From: Chthoniobacteraceae bacterium
GTDB lineage: Bacteria; Verrucomicrobiota; Verrucomicrobiia; Chthoniobacterales; Chthoniobacteraceae
Direction: 5' to 3'
Assembly (NCBI GenBank): GCA_049692655.1
Contig: JBAVPB010000013.1
Coordinates: forward strand, 1 to 29,585
Length of the DNA stretch: 29,585 nt
A model generated the notes under the pieces. The model made no database searches, was not told where the DNA came from, and worked only from the letters and a program-made list of their open reading frames with translations. This document shows, piece after piece, positions 8,557 through 17,248 of the stretch; position 1 is the stretch's first letter, and each line of letters begins with the position of its first letter. The position numbers and the translations under genes were made by a program.

Positions 8557-9216
8557 ATGAAGAAGCCCACTCCTCTCTTCACCCGGTTGCTGTTCCTCGT
8601 GGTCGCGGCAATTCTGATACCCCTACTCGCCCTGCTTTGGTTTTTCCCCGCAGGATCACACCCCGCGACCCTCGATGTCACCTTCAAGCTCACCGACCTT
8701 GATTACCACCCTCTCCCGCATGTGCCTGTGCGGGTCGTCTTCGGATCCGATCCGGATTGGCGGAGTCCGGACGCCGGGTATCGGCTCGAGACCGACGACA
8801 ACGGGCAGGCCAGATTCACCGCCCGCGTCATGATCGACAAGCGCCGCCGCAAGGGAAATTTCAGCTTCCTCGGAAATCTGTTCAGCTTGGGAGAACTTAC
8901 GGATCACCTCATGGCCGGGGCCGAACTCGGATACGCAAACCATCACTGGCTGTACAACGTGGATATGGATCACTTCGCCAACGGCGACGTGTTGCAGGAC
9001 GACTTTTCCGTCTATACGCCGGATATCTCGCGCCGGTTCAGCGACAAGGCAAAAGAAACCGAAAACGGGTGGGCAATGAAAGACTTCGGGGGGATGATGC
9101 TCAGCGGCCCCGGTTACGAGCCATGGGATTTCAGGCTGGATGTTGACCCCAATGATTCCACCAAATGGACGCTGCAATTCGCCTTCAAAAAATCCCCGGA
9201 ACCCGTCCAGTGCTGA
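8557..9216 (+). CDS. Secreted/membrane-anchored hypothetical protein
   Basis: 219 aa. N-terminal hydrophobic signal/anchor (LLFLVVAAILIPLLALLWFF). No recognisable catalytic motif. Same orientation as the C39-like gene, 53 bp downstream of it. Confidence 0.55.
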   Translation: MKKPTPLFTRLLFLVVAAILIPLLALLWFFPAGSHPATLDVTFKLTDLDYHPLPHVPVRVVFGSDPDWRSPDAGYRLETDDNGQARFTARVMIDKRRRKGNFSFLGNLFSLGELTDHLMAGAELGYANHHWLYNVDMDHFANGDVLQDDFSVYTPDISRRFSDKAKETENGWAMKDFGGMMLSGPGYEPWDFRLDVDPNDSTKWTLQFAFKKSPEPVQC

Positions 9217-9292
9217 GCCATTTCTAGGAAATGTCATTTCTCTTTCCGGCAGATAGAGGAGCTCAAACAGTAATTTTACAGATATTCTGCGA

Positions 9293-9316
9293 TTGTTAAT
9301 TACAAATAATTAACAA
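9293..9316. repeat. Perfect palindrome TTGTTAATTA-caaa-TAATTAACAA in AT-rich DNA (candidate operator)
   Basis: 10-bp arms with a 4-bp spacer, read directly from the sequence. It lies immediately upstream of a sigma70-like promoter. Confidence 0.6.
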
Positions 9317-9320
9317 TTAC

Positions 9321-9349
9321 TTGACGCAATTCGGCAAATTTGCTAATTT
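9321..9349 (+). promoter_or_regulatory. Sigma70-like promoter: TTGACG, 17-bp spacer, TAATTT
   Basis: -35 TTGACG at 9321-9326 and -10 TAATTT at 9344-9349 with a 17-bp spacer, located in a locally AT-rich stretch. Confidence 0.35.
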
Positions 9350-9538
9350 TATGGGAAATGAAGAAACTGTATTCCATGCCCCTCTCCGGTTCCCAAAACT
9401 CGTTCAAGGCGCGCTGGCGTAAAAACGATGACCTCCCCTCTTTTACTTCCTAACCCGACTCTTGGAGATTCGACTCAGGGAGAAGTCGAGGGGCAAGGGC
9501 GGCAATCCTAAATCTTATTTCCTAAATATTTCCGACTT

Positions 9539-9699
9539 TATCCGGCTCAATCCGGGTGAATCCGACCAAATCCGGGTAAAAAAAACTCCAAAACCATGAA
9601 CTCAAACCTCTTCTATTCAAAATTGGATGTTGGAAGTTGAGCGTTGGACGTTCGCTCCCTTATCCCACTCAATCCCGGTTTATCCCACTTTATCCCACT
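9539..9699. repeat. Three phased short tandem repeat arrays in the ABC-F 5' region
   Basis: (a) 9539-9578: four 10-bp units of (T/A)ATCCG(G/A). (b) 9623-9657: five 7-bp units of TTGGANG. (c) 9660-9699: four 10-bp units, three of them TTATCCCACT and one CAATCCCGGT. Read directly from the sequence. Confidence 0.7.
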
Positions 9700-9784
9700 C
9701 AAAATTACTACGCGATCCTGTTCATCCTGCCCTTTAAAATGAGAAGAGTTGCGGCACACGCCGCGCGCCGTTACAACCACACCA

Positions 9785-11689
9785 ATGTTACAAGCCTCAC
9801 CATCGCTCCTTTCCGCCAATGAAATCGTCCTTGCTTACGGACACCAGCATCTGCTCAACGGCGTGACGCTCGCGGTCGCCCCGCGCGAGAAGGTCGGCCT
9901 GGTCGGGCGCAACGGTTGCGGAAAGACGAGCCTCCTGAAAATCCTCGCGGGCACGAACGAGGCCGATGCCGGTGAAATCTCCCGCCGCCGCGGACTGCGC
10001 ATCGGATATCTCCCGCAGGAATTCGAGCTCGATGGCACAAAAACCGTCCTGGAAAACATCGAGTCCGGCACGGCGGATCTCATGGAGTGGCTGCGCAAAT
10101 ACGAGGAAGGCGAAGGCACCGAACTCGAGCTTGCCGACATGCTCCACGACATCGAAATGGCCGATGGCTGGAACCTCCAGAGCCGCATCAAGTCCAGCAC
10201 GACCGCGCTCGACGCGCCGCCATTGGATGCGCTGGTAGGATCGCTCTCCGGCGGTGAAAAACGCCGCGTCGCTCTCTGCCGCGCCCTGGTCGCCCAGCCC
10301 GATCTGCTGCTGCTCGACGAACCTACGAACCACCTCGACGCGGAATCGATCCGCTGGCTCGAGGATTTCCTCCAGAAATTTGCGGGCGCGGTGATCTTCG
10401 TGACGCACGACCGCTATTTCCTCGATGTCATTGCGACACGCATCATCGAGATTTCCGAGGGGCGCGCGTTTTCGCACCCCGGCAATTACACCGCGTTCCT
10501 TGAGTCGAAGGCAATCCGCCGCCAGATCGCCGAACAATCGGAGCGGAGACGCCAGCGATTTTTGCGCGAGGAACTTGAGTGGGTGCGTGCAGGCGTACGC
10601 GCGCAACGTTCGAAGTCGCGGAATAGGATCGAATCGTTTTACCAGGTGGAGGGCCTCGAGGCGCCGCCCGAGGAGCGCGAGATGGATCTGCTGATTCCGC
10701 CGGCTCCCGAGCTCGGAAACATCGCCGTGAATCTCGTCAATGCCGGGGCAAAAGTCGGCGAGGGCGCGAATGAACGGTGGCTCTTTCGCAATCTCAACTT
10801 TTCGCTGAAGCCGGGACAATGCACGGGCGTCGTCGGCCGCAACGGCGTGGGCAAGACAACGCTGCTGCGCCTCTGCCTCGGCGAACGCGAGCCGGACGAG
10901 GGCACGGTGACGATCGGCAAGCGCGTGAAGTTCAATTACATCGACCAGTCGCGCATGCATCTCGACCTCGACAAGACGGTGCTCTACGAAATCTCAGGCA
11001 ACAACGAGACCGTTTTCTTCGGGGAGACGGCGATGAGCGCGCGGGCTTATCTGCGGCGGTTTCTCTTCACCGACGAGCGGGTGAAGGAGCCGGTGAAGAA
11101 TCTATCCGGCGGCGAACGCGCGCGGCTTCTGCTCGCGAAAGTGCTGCGACGTGGCGGCAATTTGATCGTGCTCGACGAGCCGACGAACGACCTCGATCTC
11201 GCAAGCCTGCGCATGCTGGAGGAAGGGATCGCGGGGTTCGATGGCAGCGTGCTGGTGGTGAGCCATGACCGTTATTTTCTCGACCGGGTCTGCGACCAGA
11301 TCGTGGCGTTTGAGGATGGCGAGATATTCGTACAGCCTGGCAATTACTCCTACTACCTCGAGAAACGGAAGGCGCGCCAGCAGCAGGAAAAAAGCTGGGC
11401 AAATGTGGCGGCGACCCCGGGTAAGGAATCGGAAACCCAGAAGGGAGCCAAGGTGCGCAAGCTGAGTTTCAAGGAGCAGAAGGAACTCGCGTCGATGGAG
11501 GCGACACTGCTCGTGGTGGAGACGCGGGTGGAGGAGTTGAATACTTTGTTAAACAACCCGGAGTTTTTTGTCACGCGGGCGAAGGAGGCGCCGGGGTTGA
11601 TCGCCGAGCTGGAGGAAAAGAAGATCAAGGTCGCGAAACTCTATGCGCGGTGGGAGGAACTGGATGCCATCGACCAGGCTGGCCGGTAA
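9785..11689 (+). CDS. ABC-F family ATPase (two tandem ABC domains, Uup-like with C-terminal coiled coil)
   Basis: Two Walker A motifs (GRNGCGKTS and GRNGVGKTT). Two signature motifs (LSGGEKRR and LSGGERAR). Two Walker B motifs (LLLLDEPTNHLD and LIVLDEPTNDLD). No transmembrane domain. Charged coiled-coil C-terminal extension. The start is chosen at the ATG at 9785 (MLQASPSLLSANEIV), which aligns with ABC-F N-termini. Confidence 0.9.
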   Translation: MLQASPSLLSANEIVLAYGHQHLLNGVTLAVAPREKVGLVGRNGCGKTSLLKILAGTNEADAGEISRRRGLRIGYLPQEFELDGTKTVLENIESGTADLMEWLRKYEEGEGTELELADMLHDIEMADGWNLQSRIKSSTTALDAPPLDALVGSLSGGEKRRVALCRALVAQPDLLLLDEPTNHLDAESIRWLEDFLQKFAGAVIFVTHDRYFLDVIATRIIEISEGRAFSHPGNYTAFLESKAIRRQIAEQSERRRQRFLREELEWVRAGVRAQRSKSRNRIESFYQVEGLEAPPEEREMDLLIPPAPELGNIAVNLVNAGAKVGEGANERWLFRNLNFSLKPGQCTGVVGRNGVGKTTLLRLCLGEREPDEGTVTIGKRVKFNYIDQSRMHLDLDKTVLYEISGNNETVFFGETAMSARAYLRRFLFTDERVKEPVKNLSGGERARLLLAKVLRRGGNLIVLDEPTNDLDLASLRMLEEGIAGFDGSVLVVSHDRYFLDRVCDQIVAFEDGEIFVQPGNYSYYLEKRKARQQQEKSWANVAATPGKESETQKGAKVRKLSFKEQKELASMEATLLVVETRVEELNTLLNNPEFFVTRAKEAPGLIAELEEKKIKVAKLYARWEELDAIDQAGR

Positions 11690-11707
11690 TGGCAGGGATG
11701 CGGGATA

Positions 11708-11752
11708 GCTGACGGTTGGTAAGGGTTGGCAAGGGTTGATTAGCCCTGCCAA
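11708..11752 (+). repeat. Dispersed intergenic repeat, copy B
   Basis: GCTGACGGTTGGTAAGGGTTGGCAAGGGTTGATTAGCCCTGCCAA. It contains the half-sites TTGGCA-N15-TGCCAA. It lies 19 bp after the ABC-F stop and about 90 bp before jetA. Confidence 0.7.
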
Positions 11753-11841
11753 AACGGATGTTTTTAAATGAATGTGTTTGATTGCTTTTGGGCGCGGTTT
11801 TCTTTGTAATTTTGCGGCCCGACCCTGTTTCGTGACACAAA

Positions 11842-13269
11842 ATGAGTGGACTTGGCCATAGTTTATTTTCCGAAATCTCCCCGAAGTTCTTCGGCGTCCT
11901 CACCGGGCCGAATGCGCGGGTGTACCTCGACGTCGTGGACTGGATCGAGCGGGAAATGCCCGCGCGCGGGGATGCCATGGAGCGCGGCGAGATGCTGGAA
12001 ATCATCGACCGCGTGCTGGCTTCCGGCGCGGTGCTGCAGGCCGATGCCGAGGAGGAGGTCCACGAGGCGGAGGCGGACCATCCAGCGAGCCGCATCCTTC
12101 GCCGGCTGATCACGGCGGGCTGGATTTCGGAGGAAAAGCGGTCGGACTACCGGCATATCGTCACCCTGGAGGCCGCTGCGCAGATATTACTGGAAGCCAT
12201 GCGCAAAATCCTGAGCGACAATGTTGCCGCGTTTACCGGAAGCCTCCGGCTTGTGTGCGACCGGCTGGAGTTGTTGCGGTATCCGCATTCCCGCATGGAG
12301 TTGCCCTGGGAGGAATTGAAGAGCTGCCTCACCGAGGTGCGCTCCGGGTTGCGGGAATTGCTGAAAATCCGCAAGCAGGTGGAACGCTACGCCCAGCGCC
12401 AGTTGAAGACCGTCACCATCGCGGAGGCGCTCGACATTATTTACAACGAATTTTCCACGCTCATCACGCAGCAATGCTATCGCGAGTTGATCCACGCCCG
12501 GCTGCCCGAGCGGCTGCGGCAGGCGATGGAGGGACTCACGAATCTGGAGCAGGATGACCTCGCCCTCCAGAAATTACGTGACGATTTCATCCGCACCGCG
12601 CCGGATGCGACCGGCGCCATGCACGAGATCCTGCGGACAATCGAGGAGCTGTCGCTCGCCCTGGGGGATGTCGAGCCGACTGCGGACCGCGTCGATACCA
12701 GCACCGCCGATTTTGCGCGGCGCTCGCGGTCACGCATCCGCTACATCCAGGATGTGGGTTCGGCGCGCAGGCAGCAGATCAAGACGATCTTCGACTACGT
12801 GCGGGAACACCTTGCCCATGTGCGCCTCGGCGACCTGGAGGACAAATTCTCGCTGCCACCCATCAGGCTCGCGGAAGTCGGACTCGTCGGCAACAGCTCG
12901 CTGGCAAAAAGCCGCAAGCCCACGGACGCAGCGGCCCGGCGCCAGGTGGCTTTGCCCTTGAGCGAGGAGGAGAAAGAGGAAAGCCTGCGCGAAATGGAAA
13001 AGAACATGCGCAACGCGCTGCGCCTCGACCGGGCAAACCGGTTCGTGGACCGTCTGGAACTGAAGCGCGGCGAGAGCATCACCTCGGACCAGATGACGAT
13101 CTTCGCGGAGGATGACATCCTTGATGTGATCTCGTGCCTTGTCTTTGCTCCGGCGGGCGGCGCGAATTACCGGCTCTCCACCCTGCGGCAAATGCACCCG
13201 GAGGAACCTGTGGTGATGGATGCCAAGGGGGAATTTGAAATCGAACGGTTCACCGTGGAGAAAAAATGA
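11842..13269 (+). CDS. jetA: Wadjet JetA (MukF-like kleisin subunit, DUF3375-type), putative
   Basis: 475 aa. It is the first gene of a four-gene operon with the Wadjet size pattern (~475/210/1116/407 aa). Its stop overlaps the jetB start (ATGA). The assignment rests on operon architecture and on the recognisable JetC/JetD partners, not on a visible catalytic motif. Confidence 0.7.
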   Translation: MSGLGHSLFSEISPKFFGVLTGPNARVYLDVVDWIEREMPARGDAMERGEMLEIIDRVLASGAVLQADAEEEVHEAEADHPASRILRRLITAGWISEEKRSDYRHIVTLEAAAQILLEAMRKILSDNVAAFTGSLRLVCDRLELLRYPHSRMELPWEELKSCLTEVRSGLRELLKIRKQVERYAQRQLKTVTIAEALDIIYNEFSTLITQQCYRELIHARLPERLRQAMEGLTNLEQDDLALQKLRDDFIRTAPDATGAMHEILRTIEELSLALGDVEPTADRVDTSTADFARRSRSRIRYIQDVGSARRQQIKTIFDYVREHLAHVRLGDLEDKFSLPPIRLAEVGLVGNSSLAKSRKPTDAAARRQVALPLSEEEKEESLREMEKNMRNALRLDRANRFVDRLELKRGESITSDQMTIFAEDDILDVISCLVFAPAGGANYRLSTLRQMHPEEPVVMDAKGEFEIERFTVEKK

Positions 13270-13898
13270 GCGACGAACTTGCATCTTTGCCACTAGCAGC
13301 GGGACTGCTGCCGGAGCTGTCGGATTCCGACCGCGAGAATCTCCAGGCCGCCGTGAGCGAACTTTTCAACCGTCAGGCAATCATCCGCGACCTCCCGGGG
13401 GAGCGCGAACTCTACGAATGGGCGCGGCTGCATTTCAACTGGGTGAAGGAAATCTGCCTGCTGACCGGGTTCGACGTGATCCTGAACGAGGACGAGCAAT
13501 TGATCCATGCGCTGCCGAAGGAGCGCGCCACGCTGCGCAAGCTGCGGGTCGAGTGGACGCTGGTGTTGCTCGGCCTTTGGTACGATTACGACGTGCAACT
13601 CCGCTCGGAAGGCGCACCTGTCATCTTTACGGTCGAGACATTTAACGAGTCGCTCCGGGACAAGCTGGGCGACCGCCAGCCGGCGCTGACTTCGCTCAAG
13701 GAAATCCTGTCGTTCTTCGCCTCGCGGAAACTGGTGCGCATGGAATACGACGACGAGTTTCACCGTTCCCGGATCGAGGTGCTGCCGACCATCCGGTTCG
13801 TATTGCCCTTCGGCGAACTGGAGAAAGTATCGATCATGCTGGATGACCTCATGGCAACCGGCACCGCATCCGAGAGCCCACAGGAGGAATCGCACTGA
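13266..13898 (+). CDS. jetB: Wadjet JetB (MukE-like subunit, DUF4194-type), putative
   Basis: 210 aa acidic protein. ATGA start/stop overlap with jetA, and its stop TGA overlaps the jetC ATG (tgATG). Size and position fit JetB. Confidence 0.7.
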   Translation: MSDELASLPLAAGLLPELSDSDRENLQAAVSELFNRQAIIRDLPGERELYEWARLHFNWVKEICLLTGFDVILNEDEQLIHALPKERATLRKLRVEWTLVLLGLWYDYDVQLRSEGAPVIFTVETFNESLRDKLGDRQPALTSLKEILSFFASRKLVRMEYDDEFHRSRIEVLPTIRFVLPFGELEKVSIMLDDLMATGTASESPQEESH

Positions 13899-16800
13899 TG
13901 GCCAGCCGCTGCATCCGCCTCACGCGCATCCATGCCATCCAGTGGTTTGGGTATTGCGACACATTCGACATCCACGGGAACCTCTTGATTGCGGGCCGCA
14001 CCGGAGCGGGAAAATCGGTGCTCATGGACCTGATCCAGCTCGTGCTGATCGGCGACCAGCGGTCGAAATACAACGCCGCCTCGGACGGGCGCGGACACAC
14101 CTCGGGCCGCGACAAGAAAAGCTACTGCCTGTGCGACACGCAGGAGGACATCAACGGCGTGCCGCAGTATGCGCGGGATGGCGGCATCACCTACATCGCG
14201 CTGGAATTCACCTGGCCCGACGGGGAGCAGGTCGAGACATGGGGCATGCGGGTCGATTATCCCAACACCGAGACCCAGACGCCCGAGGAGGAATTTTTCA
14301 GGATTTCCGAAAGGCTGGAACGCGCGGATTTCGTCACGCCCGAGGGATACGCGCTCGATCTCGACGGCTTCCGCATCCTAGTCCGGAAAAAAGACGGCGA
14401 AACGTTCCGCAATGTCACCGAATACCGGAAGCGCCTCTCCGAGCACCTGAATTTCCACCGCGACACGATCGATTTTCTCATGCCATCGGCGATGTCGTTC
14501 GCGTTCCTGCCGAAGTTCGACGAGTTCTGCCGCCGGTACATCCTGCAGGCCGAGGATATCAAGATCGAGCCGGTGCAGCAGAGTTACCGGAGCTACCTGC
14601 GCATCCGCGAGGAACTGGAAAAACTGCGCGACAAGGCGCAGCGGCTCGAGGAGACGATCGCCGCGAGGAAGGAATGGGAGGACGCGCGCAAGGATGCCGA
14701 CGCGTGCCGGTTCCTCGAGGCGGAGTTCCAACGCGCAGCCGTGCGCGAGGAAGTCGCCACGCTTGAGAAGAAGCTGGCGGAACTCAACCGGCGCCAGGAG
14801 CAGCAGCAGAAGGATTACGAAGAAGTCTGCCAGTCGCTCACCACAAAATCGCAGGACCTGGAATCGCTGAAAAATCTTTTCAGGGACGAGGGCGGGGCGC
14901 TCCTGCTGGAACTCCAGGAGCAGATCCGCACCAAGGCCAGCCAGATCAGGCAACTCGAGCAAATCGGGAAAACCGTGGAGGAAGAGAAGAAGCGCCGCGT
15001 GCGCGTGACTGGCGAGTTTGCAAAGAAAGCGGCTGAGTTTCTTGCGGAACGCAATGCCGGATCGCCCGCGGAGTTGCTGCTGGCCATCAAGTCCCTAGAG
15101 GAGGGCCGCACTGCGGACATGCGCGCCGCACTGCGCCAGACCGCGCAGGCTGTGAAAGCTGTCGTCGCCCGGGTGAGGACGTCGATCCAGAACGAGAGCG
15201 AAAAATTTGCACAGACTAAAGGCGAGCTTGAGGCGCTGCAATCGCAGATCAAGAATCTCGACCGCAACCGGGTGATCCCCTCGCCGCTGCTGGACGAACT
15301 CAACCGGCAACTGCCAAGGAAGGGACGCGAAAATACGGCGCGGCAGCTTCGCGAGCTGTGCGAGGTGACGGACGAGGAATGGCGTCCCGCGCTGGAGCTG
15401 GCTTTCACCCGCAAATTCGCAGTGGTGACGAGCGCGGATGATTACCCGGCGGCGATGCGCATCTACAAGGATTTCCAGCAGGACAGCCAGCATGAGTCGC
15501 TGGTCGATCCGGACCGCGCGCTGTCGAAAAAACCGAAGGTGCTCGAGCATTCGCTCGCGGAAAAAATAGAATCGAAGCATCCGGTCGCCCGCGCTGTGCT
15601 GGATGAGTTGTTCGGTGGCGTCATTTGCGTGACCGCGCTCGACGACCTGCGGAAACATCCCGACGCAATCATGCCCGACGGGTTCCGGCAGCGGGGGATG
15701 TTTGCCGAGCGTCCGCGCCGGTACGACGGGTTTCCATGCATCGGCGCGAAGGGGATCGAGCGGCTCAAGGCGATGCTCGGCGCGAAGGCGGATGAATGCT
15801 CGGCCACGATCCGGCGCATCGAACCGCTGCTGGCGAGGGCGGAACAAATCCAGCGGATGGTTTCCGAGCAAAAGCTGGACTCCGAGGACATCGAGGGGGA
15901 CATCAATTCCGCATCGCGCCTGACGGAACTGGAAAAGGAGCGGGATACGCTGATCGCCCGGAACTCTGCGGCTTCCACGCCGGAGATGGAGAAACGGATC
16001 GAGGCGATCACCGCACTGACCAACCTCGTGAGGTCGCTGGACGAGCGCCGTCTTGAGTTGCACGGGAAGCTTCAATCCACGGAAAAGAACGATATCTCGG
16101 AACGTCTGGACGATGCGAAGCGAAGCCTCGACCGCGCGGAAAAAGCGTACCAGGAGACGATGACGAGCGTGGCAGCCGCGATCGACGTGGCACGGTGCGA
16201 TGCGTTGCGCGCCGAACTGACCGCGCAATACCCCACGGACGAATCGCGTGCGACGAAAGCGGGCCAGCGTTACCGGGAATTTGAAATCCGGCTGCCTGAA
16301 ATCAAAAGCCGTCTGGATTTGCTGAGGAAAGGGCTTGTCGATCAGCATGTGGACCTGCTTGCCGAGCCGGATTTCGATCCTAATACGGAATGGAATCCGT
16401 CTTACCGCAAACTCCTGGAACGCATCAAGGTGGAGGACATGCCGATGAGGCAGAAGCAGGCACTCGACGAGGAGCAGCGGTGGCAGGAATTGTTCAAGAC
16501 CACGGTGGCTGCACGTCTCTCGCAATCGCTGGGGAAGGTGCGGGACACAATCCGCGACCTGAATTTCCAGCTCAAGAATCCGATCGGCGACAGCCTGTAC
16601 CACATCCGCGTGGATGAAAGTCCGTCGCGTGAATTCCAAGAATACCGGCGGGTGCTGGAGGCGTGCTCAGTCACGCAGGAGGGGGACAGCATTTTTGCCT
16701 CGCTGGAAACCGAGGCGCGGGCGGGGGTGGAAAAAGTTTTCAAGGCGCTGGTGGATGAGCCCGAGGGGAAACTGGCGCAGGCGTTTCTCGATTACCGGAG

Positions 16801-17248
16801 TTACTACCGGTACGACATGGACGTGAGCGATCCGAAGCGGCCGGAGCTCCCGGCGAAAAGCCTGAACCGGCATGCGGATAAATTCAGCGGCGGGGAGAAG
16901 CAGACGCCTTTCTATATCTCGATCCTGGCGTGTTACCTGCGGGCTTACAAACGGCACCTGCCGCAGCGCTATACGGAGCCTTCCATCGGCCTCGTGCCGA
17001 TTGATGAGGCGTTTTCGAAGATGTCGGGCGAGCGCATCACGGACGCAATCCGGGCGCTGCGCGACACGGATCTGCAGGGCATCCTTTCGATGTCGAGCGG
17101 CAACTGGCCTTATGCGATCGGCGAATGCGACCAGGTGCTGGCGGTGCATCAGCGCGATACTTTTGAGAACGGGCGGAAATCGATCCGGAACATCGGCGCA
17201 CTGCTGGACCGGAAGGAGGCATTGAAACGCTCGGAGGAGTGGGGATGA
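13898..17248 (+). CDS. jetC: Wadjet JetC (SMC/MukB-like ATPase)
   Basis: 1116 aa. N-terminal Walker A in LLIAGRTGAGKSVLMDL (~13994-14017). Very long heptad-rich coiled-coil middle region. C-terminal ABC/SMC signature FSGGEKQ (~16884-16904). Walker B/D-loop in GLVPIDEAFSKMSGERI. Confidence 0.85.
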   Translation: MASRCIRLTRIHAIQWFGYCDTFDIHGNLLIAGRTGAGKSVLMDLIQLVLIGDQRSKYNAASDGRGHTSGRDKKSYCLCDTQEDINGVPQYARDGGITYIALEFTWPDGEQVETWGMRVDYPNTETQTPEEEFFRISERLERADFVTPEGYALDLDGFRILVRKKDGETFRNVTEYRKRLSEHLNFHRDTIDFLMPSAMSFAFLPKFDEFCRRYILQAEDIKIEPVQQSYRSYLRIREELEKLRDKAQRLEETIAARKEWEDARKDADACRFLEAEFQRAAVREEVATLEKKLAELNRRQEQQQKDYEEVCQSLTTKSQDLESLKNLFRDEGGALLLELQEQIRTKASQIRQLEQIGKTVEEEKKRRVRVTGEFAKKAAEFLAERNAGSPAELLLAIKSLEEGRTADMRAALRQTAQAVKAVVARVRTSIQNESEKFAQTKGELEALQSQIKNLDRNRVIPSPLLDELNRQLPRKGRENTARQLRELCEVTDEEWRPALELAFTRKFAVVTSADDYPAAMRIYKDFQQDSQHESLVDPDRALSKKPKVLEHSLAEKIESKHPVARAVLDELFGGVICVTALDDLRKHPDAIMPDGFRQRGMFAERPRRYDGFPCIGAKGIERLKAMLGAKADECSATIRRIEPLLARAEQIQRMVSEQKLDSEDIEGDINSASRLTELEKERDTLIARNSAASTPEMEKRIEAITALTNLVRSLDERRLELHGKLQSTEKNDISERLDDAKRSLDRAEKAYQETMTSVAAAIDVARCDALRAELTAQYPTDESRATKAGQRYREFEIRLPEIKSRLDLLRKGLVDQHVDLLAEPDFDPNTEWNPSYRKLLERIKVEDMPMRQKQALDEEQRWQELFKTTVAARLSQSLGKVRDTIRDLNFQLKNPIGDSLYHIRVDESPSREFQEYRRVLEACSVTQEGDSIFASLETEARAGVEKVFKALVDEPEGKLAQAFLDYRSYYRYDMDVSDPKRPELPAKSLNRHADKFSGGEKQTPFYISILACYLRAYKRHLPQRYTEPSIGLVPIDEAFSKMSGERITDAIRALRDTDLQGILSMSSGNWPYAIGECDQVLAVHQRDTFENGRKSIRNIGALLDRKEALKRSEEWG

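Noticed and set aside
9660-9699. TTATCCCACT units resembling DnaA boxes (TTATCCACA), and 10-bp phasing reminiscent of oriC or plasmid iterons
   Set aside because: Each unit carries an extra C and several mismatches relative to the DnaA box. There is no dnaA/dnaN or rep gene nearby and no DUE-like AT tract directly adjacent. It was kept as a regulatory-repeat finding, not called as an origin.
9637-9822. 61-aa ORF with internal repeat LPYPTQSRFIPLYPTQ, and 9613..9819 (-)
   Set aside because: The apparent peptide repeat is a translation of the phased DNA tandem repeats upstream of the ABC-F gene. There is no RBS or start context, so it was treated as non-coding.
9797-10960. 387-aa minus-strand ORF inside the ABC-F gene, and 17149..18603 (-) inside jetD
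   Set aside because: Antisense shadows of genes with unambiguous ABC and Toprim motifs on the plus strand.
11721-11740. TTGGCAAGGGTTGGCAA read as a sigma54 -24/-12 promoter (TGGCAC-N5-TTGCA)
   Set aside because: The GG/GC spacing and the -12 GC dinucleotide do not line up with the consensus. The orientation of the three copies is not consistent with their downstream genes.
11549-11752. Track ORF ...MAGLINPCQPLPTVSYPASL, and similar peptides at 2394..2747 and at the N-terminus of 21853..24027
   Set aside because: These are translations of the dispersed GGTTGGCAAGGGTTGATTAGCCC repeat in three places. The recurrence reflects DNA repeats, not a protein family.
14378-16639. Long minus-strand ORFs (14378..14962, 14815..15414, 15095..16639, 16667..17335) inside jetC
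   Set aside because: Typical high-GC antisense open frames, Arg/Leu/Pro-rich. They overlap the strongly supported SMC-like JetC frame, which has Walker A, coiled-coil, signature and Walker B motifs in the correct order.
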